A stretch of 64,000 bases of DNA from NCBI GenBank assembly GCA_964016885.1, contig OZ024749.1, forward strand, positions 19,654,001-19,718,000, in the 5' to 3' direction. The notes under the pieces were generated by a model. It was not told the DNA's origin and did not search any database. It saw only the letters and a program-made list of their open reading frames with translations. Source of the DNA: Eledone cirrhosa. Taxonomy: Eukaryota. This document shows, one piece after another, positions 1 to 14,699 of this stretch. Numbering within the stretch: the first letter of the stretch is position 1; every line of letters begins with the position of its first letter. The position numbers were made by a program, and so were the translations under genes.

Positions 1-3000
1 ACACTATCTACACACTGTTAATGACTATATTTACACTATCTATACACTGTTAATGACTGTATTTACACTATCTATACACTGTTAATGACTGTATTTACAC
101 TATCTATACACTGTTAATGACTGTATTTACACTATCTATACATTGTTAATGACTGTATTTACACTATCTATACACTGTTAATGACTGTATTTACACTATC
201 TATACACTGTTAATGACTGTATTTACACTATCTATACACTGTTAATGACTGTATTTACACCATCTATACACTGTTAATGACTGTATTTACACTATCTATA
301 CACTATTAATGACTGTATTTACACTATCTATACATTGTTAATGACTGTATTTACACTATCTATACACTGTTAATGACTGTATTTACACTATCTATACACT
401 GTTAATGACTGTATTTACACTATCTATACACTGTTAATGACTGTATTTACACTATTTGTACATTGTTAATGACTGTTTTTTACACTATCTATACACTGTT
501 AATGACTGTATTTACACTATCTATACACTGTTAATGACTGTATTTACACTATCTATACACTGTTAATGACTGTATTTACTCTATCTATACACTGTTAATG
601 ACTGTATTTACACTATCTATACACTGTTAATGACTGTATTTACACTATCTATACACTGTTAATGACTGTATTTACACTATTTATATACTGTTAATAACTG
701 TATTTACACTATCTATACACTGTTAATGACTGTATTTACACTATCTATACACTGTTAATGACTGTATTTACACTATCTATACACTGTTAATAACTGTATT
801 TACACTATCTATACATTGTTAATGACTGTATTTACACTATCTATACACTGTTAATGACTGTATTTACACTATCTATACACTGTTAATGACTGTATTTACA
901 CTATCTATACACTGTTAATAACTGTATTTACACTATCTATACACTGTTAATAACTGTATTTACACTATCTATACACTGTTAATGACTGTATTTACACTAT
1001 CTATACATTGTTAATGACTGTATTTACACTATCTATACACTGTTAATGTCTGTATTTACACTATTTATACACTGTTAATGACTGTATTTACACTATCTAT
1101 ACATTGTTAATGACTGTATTAACATTATCTATACACTGTTAATGACTGTATTTACACTATCTATACACTGTTAATGACTGTCTTTACACTATCTATACAC
1201 TGTTAATGACTGTATTTACACAATCTATACATTGTTAATGACTGTATTTACACTATCTATACACTGTTAATGACTGTATTTACAGTATCTATACACTGTT
1301 AATGACTGTATTTACACTAGCTATACACTGTTAATGACTGTATTTACACTATCTATACACTGTTAATGACTGTATTTACACTATCTATACACTGTTAATG
1401 ACTGTATTTACACTAACTATACACTGTTAATGACTGTATTTACACTATCTATACACTGTTAATAACTGTATTTACACTATCTATACATTGTTAATAACTG
1501 TATTTACACTATCTATACACTGTTAATGACTGTATTTACACTATCTATACACTGTTAATGACTGTATTTACACTATCTATACACTGTTAATAACTGTATT
1601 TACACTATCTATACATTGTTAATAACTGTATTTACACTATCTATACATTGTTAATGACTGTATTTACACTATCTATACACTGTTAATGACTGTATTTACA
1701 CTATCTATACACTGTAAATAACTGTATTTACACTATCTATACATTGTTAATAACTGTATTTACACTATCTATACACTGTTAATGTCTGTATTTACACTAT
1801 CTATACACTGTTAATGACTGTATTTACACTATCTATACACCGTTAATGACTGTATTTACACTATCTATACACTGTTAATGACTGTATTAACATTATCTAT
1901 ACACTGTTAATGACTGTATTTACACTATCTATACATTGTTAATGACTGTATTTACACTATCTATACACTGTTAATGACTGTATTTACACTATCTATACAC
2001 CGTTAATGACTGTATTTACACTATCTATACACTGTTAATGACTGTATTAACATTATCTATACACTGTTAATGACTGTATTTACACTATCTATACATTGTT
2101 AATGACTGTATTTACACTATCTATACACTGTTAATGACTGTATTTACACTATCTATACATTGTTAATGACTGTATTTACACTATCTATACACTGTTAATG
2201 ACTGTATTTACACTATCTATACACTGTTAATGACTGTATTTACACTATCTATACACTGTTAATGACTGTATTTACACTATCTATACACTGTTAATGACTG
2301 TATTTACACTATCTATACACTGTTAATGACTGTATTTACACTATCTATACACTGTTAATGACTGTATTTACACTATCTATACACTGTTAATGACTGTATT
2401 TACACTATCTATACACTGTTAATGACTGTATTTACACTATCTATACATTGTTAATGACTGTATTTACACTATCTATACACCGTTAATGACTGTATTTACA
2501 CTATCTATACACTGTTAATGACTGTATTTAGACTATTTATACACCGTTAATGCCTGTATTTACACTATCTATACACTGTTAATGACTGTATTTACACTAT
2601 CTATACACTGTTAATGACTGTATTTACACTATCTATACACTGTTAATGACTGTATTTACACTATCTATACACTGTTAATGACTGTATTTACACTATCTAT
2701 ACACCGTTAATGACTGTATTTACACTATCTATACACTGTTAATGACTGTATTAACATTATCTATACACTGTTAATGACTGTATTTACACTATCTATACAC
2801 CGTTAATGACTGTATTTACACTATCTATACACTGTTAATGACTGTATTTACACTATCTATACACCGTTAATGACTGTATTTACACTATCTATACACTGTT
2901 AATAACTGTATTTACACTATCTATACACTGTTATTGACTGTATTTACACCATCTATACATTGTTAATGACTGTATTTACACTATCTATACACCGTTAATG

Positions 3001-4800
3001 ACTGTATTTACATTATCTATACACTGTTAATGACTGTATTTATCCTGTCTATACACCGTTAATGACTGTATTTACATTATCTATACACTGTTAATGACTG
3101 GATTTACACTATCTATACACTGTTAATGACTGCATTTACACTATCTATACACCGTTAATGACTGTATTTACACTATCTATACACTGTTAATGACTGTATT
3201 TACACTATCTATACACCGTTAATGACTGTATTTACACTATATATACACCGTTAATGACTGTATTTACACTATCTATACACCGTTAATGACTGTATTTACA
3301 CTATCTATACACCGTTAATGACTGTACTTACACTATCTATACACCGTTAATGACTGTATTTACACTATCTATACACTGTTAATGACTGTATTTACACTAT
3401 CTATACACTGTTAATGACTGTATTTACACTATCTATACACCGTTAATGACTGTATTTACACTATCTATACACCGTTAATGACTGTATTTACACTATCTAT
3501 ACACTGTTAATGACTGTATTTACACTATCTATACACCGTTAATGACTGTATTTACACTATCTATACACCGTTAATGACTGTATTTACACTATCTATACAC
3601 CGTTAATGACTGTATTTACACTATCTATACACCTTTAATGACTGTATTTACACTATCTATACATTGTTAATGACTGTATTTACACTATCTACACACTGTT
3701 AATGACTATATTTACACTATCTATACACTGTTAATGACTGTATTTACACTATCTATACACTGTTAATGACTGTATTTACACTATCTATACACTGTTAATG
3801 ACTGTATTTACACTATCTATACATTGTTAATGACTGTATTTACACTATCTATACACTGTTAATGACTGTATTTACACTATCTATACACTGTTAATGACTG
3901 TATTTACACTATCTATACACTGTTAATGACTGTATTTACACCATCTATACACTGTTAATGACTGTATTTACACTATCTATACACTATTAATGACTGTATT
4001 TACACTATCTATACATTGTTAATGACTGTATTTACACTATCTATACACTGTTAATGACTGTATTTACACTATCTATACACTGTTAATGACTGTATTTACA
4101 CTATCTATACACTGTTAATGACTGTATTTACACTATTTGTACATTGTTAATGACTGTTTTTTACACTATCTATACACTGTTAATGACTGTATTTACACTA
4201 TCTATACACTGTTAATGACTGTATTTACACTATCTATACACTGTTAATGACTGTATTTACACTATCTATACACTGTTAATGACTGTATTTACACTATCTA
4301 TACACTGTTAATGACTGTATTTACACTATCTATACACTGTTAATGACTGTATTTACACTATTTATATACTGTTAATAACTGTATTTACACTATCTATACA
4401 CTGTTAATGACTGTATTTACACTATCTATACACTGTTAATGACTGTATTTACACTATCTATACACTGTTAATAACTGTATTTACACTATCTATACATTGT
4501 TAATGACTGTATTTACACTATCTATACACTGTTAATGACTGTATTTACACTATCTATACACTGTTAATGACTGTATTTACACTATCTATACACTGTTAAT
4601 AACTGTATTTACACTATCTATACACTGTTAATAACTGTATTTACACTATCTATACACTGTTAATGACTGTATTTACACTATCTATACATTGTTAATGACT
4701 GTATTTACACTATCTATACACTGTTAATGTCTGTATTTACACTATTTATACACTGTTAATGACTGTATTTACACTATCTATACATTGTTAATGACTGTAT
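1..4800. repeat. Block duplication, offset 3681 bp (115 monomers +1): about 1-1120 repeated at about 3682-4800
   Basis: Same rare variants in the same order: TCTACACAC (C at 11 vs 3692), TTTGTAC plus T6 insertion (G at 458 vs 4139), TTTATATACT (681 vs 4362). Confidence 0.9.
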
Positions 4801-7800
4801 TTACACTATCTATACACTGTTAATGACTGTATTTACACTATTTATATACTGTTAATAACTGTATTTACACTATCTATACACTGTTAATGACTGTATTTAC
4901 ACTATCTATACACTGTTAATGACTGTATTTACACTATCTATACACTGTTAATAACTGTATTTACACTATCTATACATTGTTAATGACTGTATTTACACTA
5001 TCTATACACTGTTAATGACTGTATTTACACTATCTATACACTGTTAATGACTGTATTTACACTATCTATACACTGTTAATAACTGTATTTACACTATCTA
5101 TACACTGTTAATAACTGTATTTACACTATCTATACACTGTTAATGACTGTATTTACACTATCTATACATTGTTAATGACTGTATTTACACTATCTATACA
5201 CTGTTAATGTCTGTATTTACACTATTTATACACTGTTAATAACTGTATTTACACTATCTATACACTGTTAATGACTGTATTTACACTATCTATATACTGT
5301 TAATGAATGTATTTACACTATCTATACACTGTTAATGACTGTATTTACACTATCTATACACTGTTAATGACTGTATTTACACTATCTATACATTGTTAAT
5401 GACTGTATTTACACTATCTATACACTGTTAATGACTGTATTTACACTATCTATACACTGTTAATGACTGTATTTACACTATCTATACACTGTTAATGACT
5501 GTATTTACACTATCTATACACTGTTAATGACTGTATATACACTATCTATACACTGTTAATGACTGTATTTACACTATCTATACACCGTTAATGACTGTAT
5601 TTACACTATCTATACACCGTTAATGACTGTATTTACACTATCTATACACTGTTAATGACTGTATTTACACTATCTATACACTGTTAATGACTGTATTTAC
5701 ACTATCTATACACTGTTAATGACTGTATTTACACTATCTATACACTGTTAATGACTGTATTTACACTATCTATACACCGTTAATGACTGTATTTACACTA
5801 TCTATACACTGTTAATGACTGTATTAACATTATCTATACACTGTTAATGACTGTATTTACACTATCTATACACCGTTAATGACTGTATTTACACTATCTA
5901 TACACTGTTAATGACTGTATTTACACTATCTATACACCGTTAATGACTGTATTTACACTATCTATACACTGTTAATAACTGTATTTACACTATCTATACA
6001 CTGTTATTGACTGTATTTACACCATCTATACATTGTTAATGACTGTATTTACACTATCTATACACCGTTAATGACTGTATTTACATTATCTATACACTGT
6101 TAATGACTGTATTTATCCTATATATACACCGTTAATGACTGTATTTACATTATCTATACACTGTTAATGACTGGATTTACACTATCTATACACTGTTAAT
6201 GACTGCATTTACACTATCTATACACCGTTAATGACTGTATTTACACTATCTATACACTGTTAATAACTGTATTTACACTATCTATACACTGTTAATGACT
6301 GTATTTACACTATTTATATACTGTTAATGACTGTATTTACACTATCTATACACTGTTAATGACTGTATTTACACTATCTATACATTGTTAATGACTGTAT
6401 TTACACTATCTATACACTGTTAATGACTGTATTTACACTATCTATACACTGTTAATGACTGTATTTACACTATCTATACACTGTTAATGACTGTATTTAC
6501 ACTATCTATACACTGTTAATGACTGTATTTACACTATCTATACACTGTTAATGACTGTATTTACACTATCTATACACTGTTAATGACTGTATTTACACTA
6601 TCTATACACTGTTAATGACTGTATTTACACTATCTATACACTGTTAATGACTGTATTTACACTATCTATACATTGTTAATGACTGTATTTACACTATCTA
6701 TACACCGTTAATGACTGTATTTACACTATCTATACACTGTTAATGACTGTATTTAGACTATTTATACACCGTTAATGCCTGTATTTACACTATCTATACA
6801 CTGTTAATGACTGTATTTACACTATCTATACACTGTTAATGACTGTATTTACACTATCTATACACTGTTAATGACTGTATTTACACTATCTATACACTGT
6901 TAATGACTGTATTTACACTATCTATACACCGTTAATGACTGTATTTACACTATCTATACACTGTTAATGACTGTATTAACATTATCTATACACTGTTAAT
7001 GACTGTATTTACACTATCTATACATTGTTAATGACTGTATTTACACTATCTATACACTGTTAATGACTGTATTTACACAATCTATACATTGTTAATGACT
7101 GTATTTACACTATCTATACACTGTTAATGACTGTATTTACAGTATCTATACACTGTTAATGACTGTATTTACACTAGCTATACACTGTTAATGACTGTAT
7201 TTACACTATCTATACACTGTTAATGACTGTATTTACACTATCTATACACTGTTAATGACTGTATTTACACTAACTATACACTGTTAATGACTGTATTTAC
7301 ACTATCTATACACTGTTAATAACTGTATTTACACTATCTATACATTGTTAATAACTGTATTACACTATCTATACACTGTTAATGACTGTATTTACACTAT
7401 CTATACACTGTTAATGACTGTATTTACACTATCTATACACTGTTAATAACTGTATTTACACTATCTATACATTGTTAATAACTGTATTTACACTATCTAT
7501 ACATTGTTAATGACTGTATTTACACTATCTATACACTGTTAATGACTGTATTTACACTATCTATACACTGTAAATAACTGTATTTACACTATCTATACAT
7601 TGTTAATAACTGTATTTACACTATCTATACACTGTTAATGTCTGTACTTACACTATCTATACACTGTTAATGACTGTATTTACACTATCTATACACCGTT
7701 AATGACTGTATTTACACTATCTATACACTGTTAATGACTGTATTAACATTATCTATACACTGTTAATGACTGTATTTACACTATCTATACATTGTTAATG

Positions 7801-10800
7801 ACTGTATTTACACTATCTATACACTGTTAATGACTGTATTTACACTATCTATACACCGTTAATGACTGTATTTACACTATCTATACACTGTTAATGACTG
7901 TATTAACATTATCTATACACTGTTAATGACTGTATTTACACTATCTATACATTGTTAATGACTGTATTTACACTATCTATACACTGTTAATGACTGTATT
8001 TACACTATCTATACATTGTTAATGACTGTATTTACACTATCTATACACTGTTAATGACTGTATTTACACTATCTATACACTGTTAATGACTGTATTTACA
8101 CTATCTATACACTGTTAATGACTGTATTTACACTATCTATACACTGTTAATGACTGTATTTACACTATCTATACACTGTTAATGACTGTATTTACACTAT
8201 CTATACACTGTTAATGACTGTATTTACACTATCTATACACTGTTAATGACTGTATTTACACTATCTATACACTGTTAATGACTGTATTTACACTATCTAT
8301 ACATTGTTAATGACTGTATTTACACTATCTATACACCGTTAATGACTGTATTTACACTATCTATACACTGTTAATGACTGTATTTAGACTATTTATACAC
8401 CGTTAATGCCTGTATTTACACTATCTATACACTGTTAATGACTGTATTTACACTATCTATACACTGTTAATGACTGTATTTACACTATCTATACACTGTT
8501 AATGACTGTATTTACACTATCTATACACTGTTAATGACTGTATTTACACTATCTATACACCGTTAATGACTGTATTTACACTATCTATACACTGTTAATG
8601 ACTGTATTAACATTATCTATACACTGTTAATGACTGTATTTACACTATCTATACACCGTTAATGACTGTATTTACACTATCTATACACTGTTAATGACTG
8701 TATTTACACTATCTATACACCGTTAATGACTGTATTTACACTATCTATACACTGTTAATAACTGTATTTACACTATCTATACACTGTTATTGACTGTATT
8801 TACACCATCTATACATTGTTAATGACTGTATTTACACTATCTATACACCGTTAATGACTGTATTTACATTATCTATACACTGTTAATGACTGTATTTATC
8901 CTGTCTATACACCGTTAATGACTGTATTTACATTATCTATACACTGTTAATGACTGGATTTACACTATCTATACACTGTTAATGACTGCATTTACACTAT
9001 CTATACACCGTTAATGACTGTATTTACACTATCTATACACTGTTAATGACTGTATTTACACTATCTATACACCGTTAATGACTGTATTTACACTATATAT
9101 ACACCGTTAATGACTGTATTTACACTATCTATACACCGTTAATGACTGTATTTACACTATCTATACACCGTTAATGACTGTACTTACACTATCTATACAC
9201 CGTTAATGACTGTATTTACACTATCTATACACTGTTAATGACTGTATTTACACTATCTATACACTGTTAATGACTGTATTTACACTATCTATACACCGTT
9301 AATGACTGTATTTACACTATCTATACACCGTTAATGACTGTATTTACACTATCTATACACTGTTAATGACTGTATTTACACTATCTATACACCGTTAATG
9401 ACTGTATTTACACTATCTATACACCGTTAATGACTGTATTTACACTATCTATACACCGTTAATGACTGTATTTACACTATCTATACACCTTTAATGACTG
9501 TATTTACACTATCTATACATTGTTAATGACTGTAATTTACACTATCTACACACTGTTAATGACTATATTTACACTATCTATACACTGTTAATGACTGTAT
9601 TTACACTATCTATACACTGTTAATGACTGTATTTACACTATCTATACACTGTTAATGACTGTATTTACACTATCTATACATTGTTAATGACTGTATTTAC
9701 ACTATCTATACACTGTTAATGACTGTATTTACACTATCTATACACTGTTAATGACTGTATTTACACTATCTATACACTGTTAATGACTGTATTTACACCA
9801 TCTATACACTGTTAATGACTGTATTTACACTATCTATACACTATTAATGACTGTATTTACACTATCTATACATTGTTAATGACTGTATTTACACTATCTA
9901 TACACTGTTAATGACTGTATTTACACTATCTATACACTGTTAATGACTGTATTTACACTATCTATACACTGTTAATGACTGTATTTACACTATTTGTACA
10001 TTGTTAATGACTGTTTTTTACACTATCTATACACTGTTAATGACTGTATTTACACTATCTATACACTGTTAATGACTGTATTTACACTATCTATACACTG
10101 TTAATGACTGTATTTACACTATCTATACACTGTTAATGACTGTATTTACACTATCTATACACTGTTAATGACTGTATTTACACTATCTATACACTGTTAA
10201 TGACTGTATTTACACTATTTATATACTGTTAATAACTGTATTTACACTATCTATACACTGTTAATGACTGTATTTACACTATCTATACACTGTTAATGAC
10301 TGTATTTACACTATCTATACACTGTTAATAACTGTATTTACACTATCTATACATTGTTAATGACTGTATTTACACTATCTATACACTGTTAATGACTGTA
10401 TTTACACTATCTATACACTGTTAATGACTGTATTTACACTATCTATACACTGTTAATAACTGTATTTACACTATCTATACACTGTTAATAACTGTATTTA
10501 CACTATCTATACACTGTTAATGACTGTATTTACACTATCTATACATTGTTAATGACTGTATTTACACTATCTATACACTGTTAATGTCTGTATTTACACT
10601 ATTTATACACTGTTAATGACTGTATTTACACTATCTATACATTGTTAATGACTGTATTTACACTATCTATACACTGTTAATGACTGTATTTACACTATTT
10701 ATATACTGTTAATAACTGTATTTACACTATCTATACACTGTTAATGACTGTATTTACACTATCTATACACTGTTAATGACTGTATTTACACTATCTATAC

Positions 10801-11345
10801 ACTGTTAATAACTGTATTTACACTATCTATACATTGTTAATGACTGTATTTACACTATCTATACACTGTTAATGACTGTATTTACACTATCTATACACTG
10901 TTAATGACTGTATTTACACTATCTATACACTAATAATAACTGTATTTACACTATCTATACACTGTTAATAACTGTATTTACACTATCTATACACTGTTAA
11001 TGACTGTATTTACACTATCTATACATTGTTAATGACTGTATTTACACTATCTATACACTGTTAATGTCTGTATTTACACTATTATACACTGTTAATAACT
11101 GTATTTACACTATCTATACACTGTTAATGACTGTATTTACACTATCTATATACTGTTAATGAATGTATTTACACTATCTATACACTGTTAATGACTGTAT
11201 TTACACTATCTATACACTATTAATGACTGTATTTACACTATCTATACATTGTTAATGACTGTATTTACACTATCTATACACTGTTAATGACTGTATTTAC
11301 ACTATCTATACACTGTTAATGACTGTATTTACACTATCTATACAC
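1201..11345. repeat. Direct block duplication of about 4.2 kb, offset about 5857 bp (183 monomers): about 1201-5490 repeated at about 7058-11345
   Basis: Shared ordered markers: CACAATC (1222/7079), TACAGTA (1285/7142), ACTAGCT, TAGACT..GCCTG, GACTGGA, TTTGTAC (4139/9996), TGAATGT (5307/11163). Confidence 0.92.
4350..5260. repeat. 480-bp (15-monomer) higher-order unit in two tandem copies; the dimer recurs at about 10220, 27360, 31490, 37795, 44570, 52790 and 62420
   Basis: Lines 4321-4740 and 4801-5220 read identically. TTTATATACTGTTAATAACT and AATGTCTG..ACTATTTA markers are 480 bp apart at each occurrence. Confidence 0.92.
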
Positions 11346-14300
11346 TAATAATGACTGTATTTACACTATCTATACACTGTTAATAACTGTATTTACACTA
11401 TCTATACACTGTTAATGACTGTATTTACACTATCTATACACTGTTAATGACTGTATTTACACTATCTATACACTGTTAATGACTGTATTTACACTATCTA
11501 TACACTGTTAATGACTGTATTTACACTATCTATACACTGTTAATGACTGTATTTACACTATCTATACACTGTTAATGACTGTATTTACACTATCTATACA
11601 CTGTTAATGACTGTATTTACACTATCTATACACTGTTAATGACTGTATTTACACTATCTATACACTGTTAATGACTGTATTTACACTATCTATACACTGT
11701 TAATGACTGTATTTACACTATCTATACACTGTTAATGACTGTATTTACACTATCTATACACTGTTAATGACTGTATTTACACTATCTATACACTGTTAAT
11801 GACTGTATTTACACTATCTATACACTGTTAATGACTGTATTTACACTATCTATACACCGTTAATGACTGTATTTACACTATCTATACACTGTTAATGACT
11901 GTATTTACACTATCTATACACTGTTAATGACTGTATTTACACTATCTATACACTGTTAATGACTGTATTTACACTATCTATACACTGTTAATGACTGTAT
12001 TTACACTATCTATACACTGTTAATGACTGTATTTACACTATCTATACACCGTTAATGACTGTATTTACACTATCTATACACTGTTAATGACTGTATTTAC
12101 ACTATCTATACACTGTTAATGACTGTATTTACACTATCTATACACGTTAATGACTGTATTTACACTATCTATACACTGTTAATGACTGTATTTACACTAT
12201 CTATACACTGTTAATGACTGTATTTACACTATCTATACACTGTTAATGACTGTATTTACACTATCTATACACTGTTAATGACTGTATTTACACTATCTAT
12301 ACATGTTAATGACTGTATTTACACTATCTATACACCGTTAATGACTGTATTTACACTATCTATACACTGTTAATGACTGTATTTACACTATCTATACACT
12401 GTTAATGACTGTATTTACACTATCTATACACTGTTAATGACTGTATTTACACTATCTATACACTGTTAATGACTGTATTTACACTATCTATACACTGTTA
12501 ATGACTGTATTTACACTATCTATACACTGTTAATGACTGTATTTACACTATCTATACACTGTTAATGACTGTATTTACACTATCTATACACTGTTAATGA
12601 CTGTATTTACACTATCTATACACTGTTAATGACTGTATTTACACTATCTATACACTGTTAATGACTGTATTTACACTATCTATACACTGTTAATGACTGT
12701 ATTTACACTATCTATACACTGTTAATGACTGTATTTACACTATCTATACACTGTTAATGACTGTATTTACACTATCTATACACTGTTAATGACTGTATTT
12801 ACACTATCTATACACTGTTAATGACTGTATTTACACTATCTATACACTGTTAATGACTGTATTTACACTATCTATACACTGTTAATGACTGTATTTACAC
12901 GTATCTATACACTGTTAATGACTGTATTTACACTATCTATACATTGGTTAATGACTGTATTAACACTATCTATACACTGTTAATGACTGTATTACACTAT
13001 CTATACACTGTTAATGACTGTATTTACACTATCTATACACTGTTAATGACTGTATTTACACTATCTATACACTGTTAATGACTGTATTTACACTATCTAT
13101 ACACCGTTAATGACTGTATTTACACTATCTATACACTGTTAATGACTGTATTTAGACTATCTATACACTGTTAATGACTGTATTTACACTATCTATACAC
13201 TGTTAATGACTGTATTTACACTATCTATACACTGTTAATGACTGTATTTACACTATCTATACACTGTTAATGACTGTATTTACACTATCTATACACTGTT
13301 AATGACTGTATTTACACTATCTATACACCGTTAATGACTGTATTTACACTATCTATACACCGTTAATGACTGTATTAACACTATCTATACACTGTTAATG
13401 ACTGTATTAACATTATCTATACACTGTTAATGACTGTATTTACACTATCTATACATTGTTAATGACTGTATTTACACTATCTATACACCGTTAATGACTG
13501 TATTTACACTACCTATACATTGTTAATGACTGTATTTACACTATCTATACACTGTTAATGACTGTATGTACACTATCTATACACTGTTAATGACTGTATT
13601 TACACTATCTATACACTGTTAATGACTGTATTTACACTATCTATACACTGTTAATGACTGTATTTACACTATCTATACACTGTTAATGACTGTATTTACA
13701 CTATCTATACACTGTTAATGACTGTATTTACACTATCTATACACTGTTAATGACTGTATTTACACTATCTATACATTGTTAATGACTGTATTTACACTAT
13801 CTATACACCGTTAATCACTGTATTTACACTATCTATACACTGTTAATGACTGTATTTAGACTATTTATACACTGTTAATGCCTGTAGTTACACTATCTAT
13901 ACACTGTTAATGACTGTATTTACACTATCTATACACTGATAATGACTGTATTTACACTATCTATACACTGTTAATGACTGTATTTACACTATCTATACAC
14001 TGTTAATGACTGTATTTACACTATCTATACACCGTTAATGACTGTATTTACACTATCTATACACTGTTAATGACTGTATTAACATTATCTATACACTGTT
14101 AATGACTGTATTTACACTATCTATACACCGTTAATGATTGTATTTACACTATCTATACACCGTTAATGACTGTATTTACACTATCTATACACCGTTTATG
14201 ACTATTTACACTATCTATACACTGTTAATGACTGTATTTACACTATCTATACACCGTTAATGACTGTATTTACACTATCTATACACTGTTAATGACTGTC

Positions 14301-14699
14301 TTAACATTATCTATACACTGTTAATGACTGTATTTACACTATCTATACATTGTTAATGACTGTATTTACACTATCTATACACTGTAAATGACTGTATTTA
14401 CACTATCTATACACTGTTAATGACTGTACTTACACTATCTATCCACTGTTAATGACTGTATTTACACTATCTATACACTGTTAATGACTGTATTTACACT
14501 GTCTATACACTGTTAATGACTGTATATACACTATCTATACACCGTTAATGACTGTATTTACACTATCTATACACCGTTAATGACTGTATTTACACTATCT
14601 ATACACTATTAATGATTGTATTTACACTATCTATACACCGTTAATGACTGTATTTACACTATCTATACACTGTTAATGACTGTATTTACACTATCTATA

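Noticed and set aside
19-120. TAATGA stop/start overlap as translationally coupled micro-ORFs
   Set aside because: An automatic consequence of the repeat sequence; no ribosome-binding or expression evidence, and variants freely destroy the ATG.
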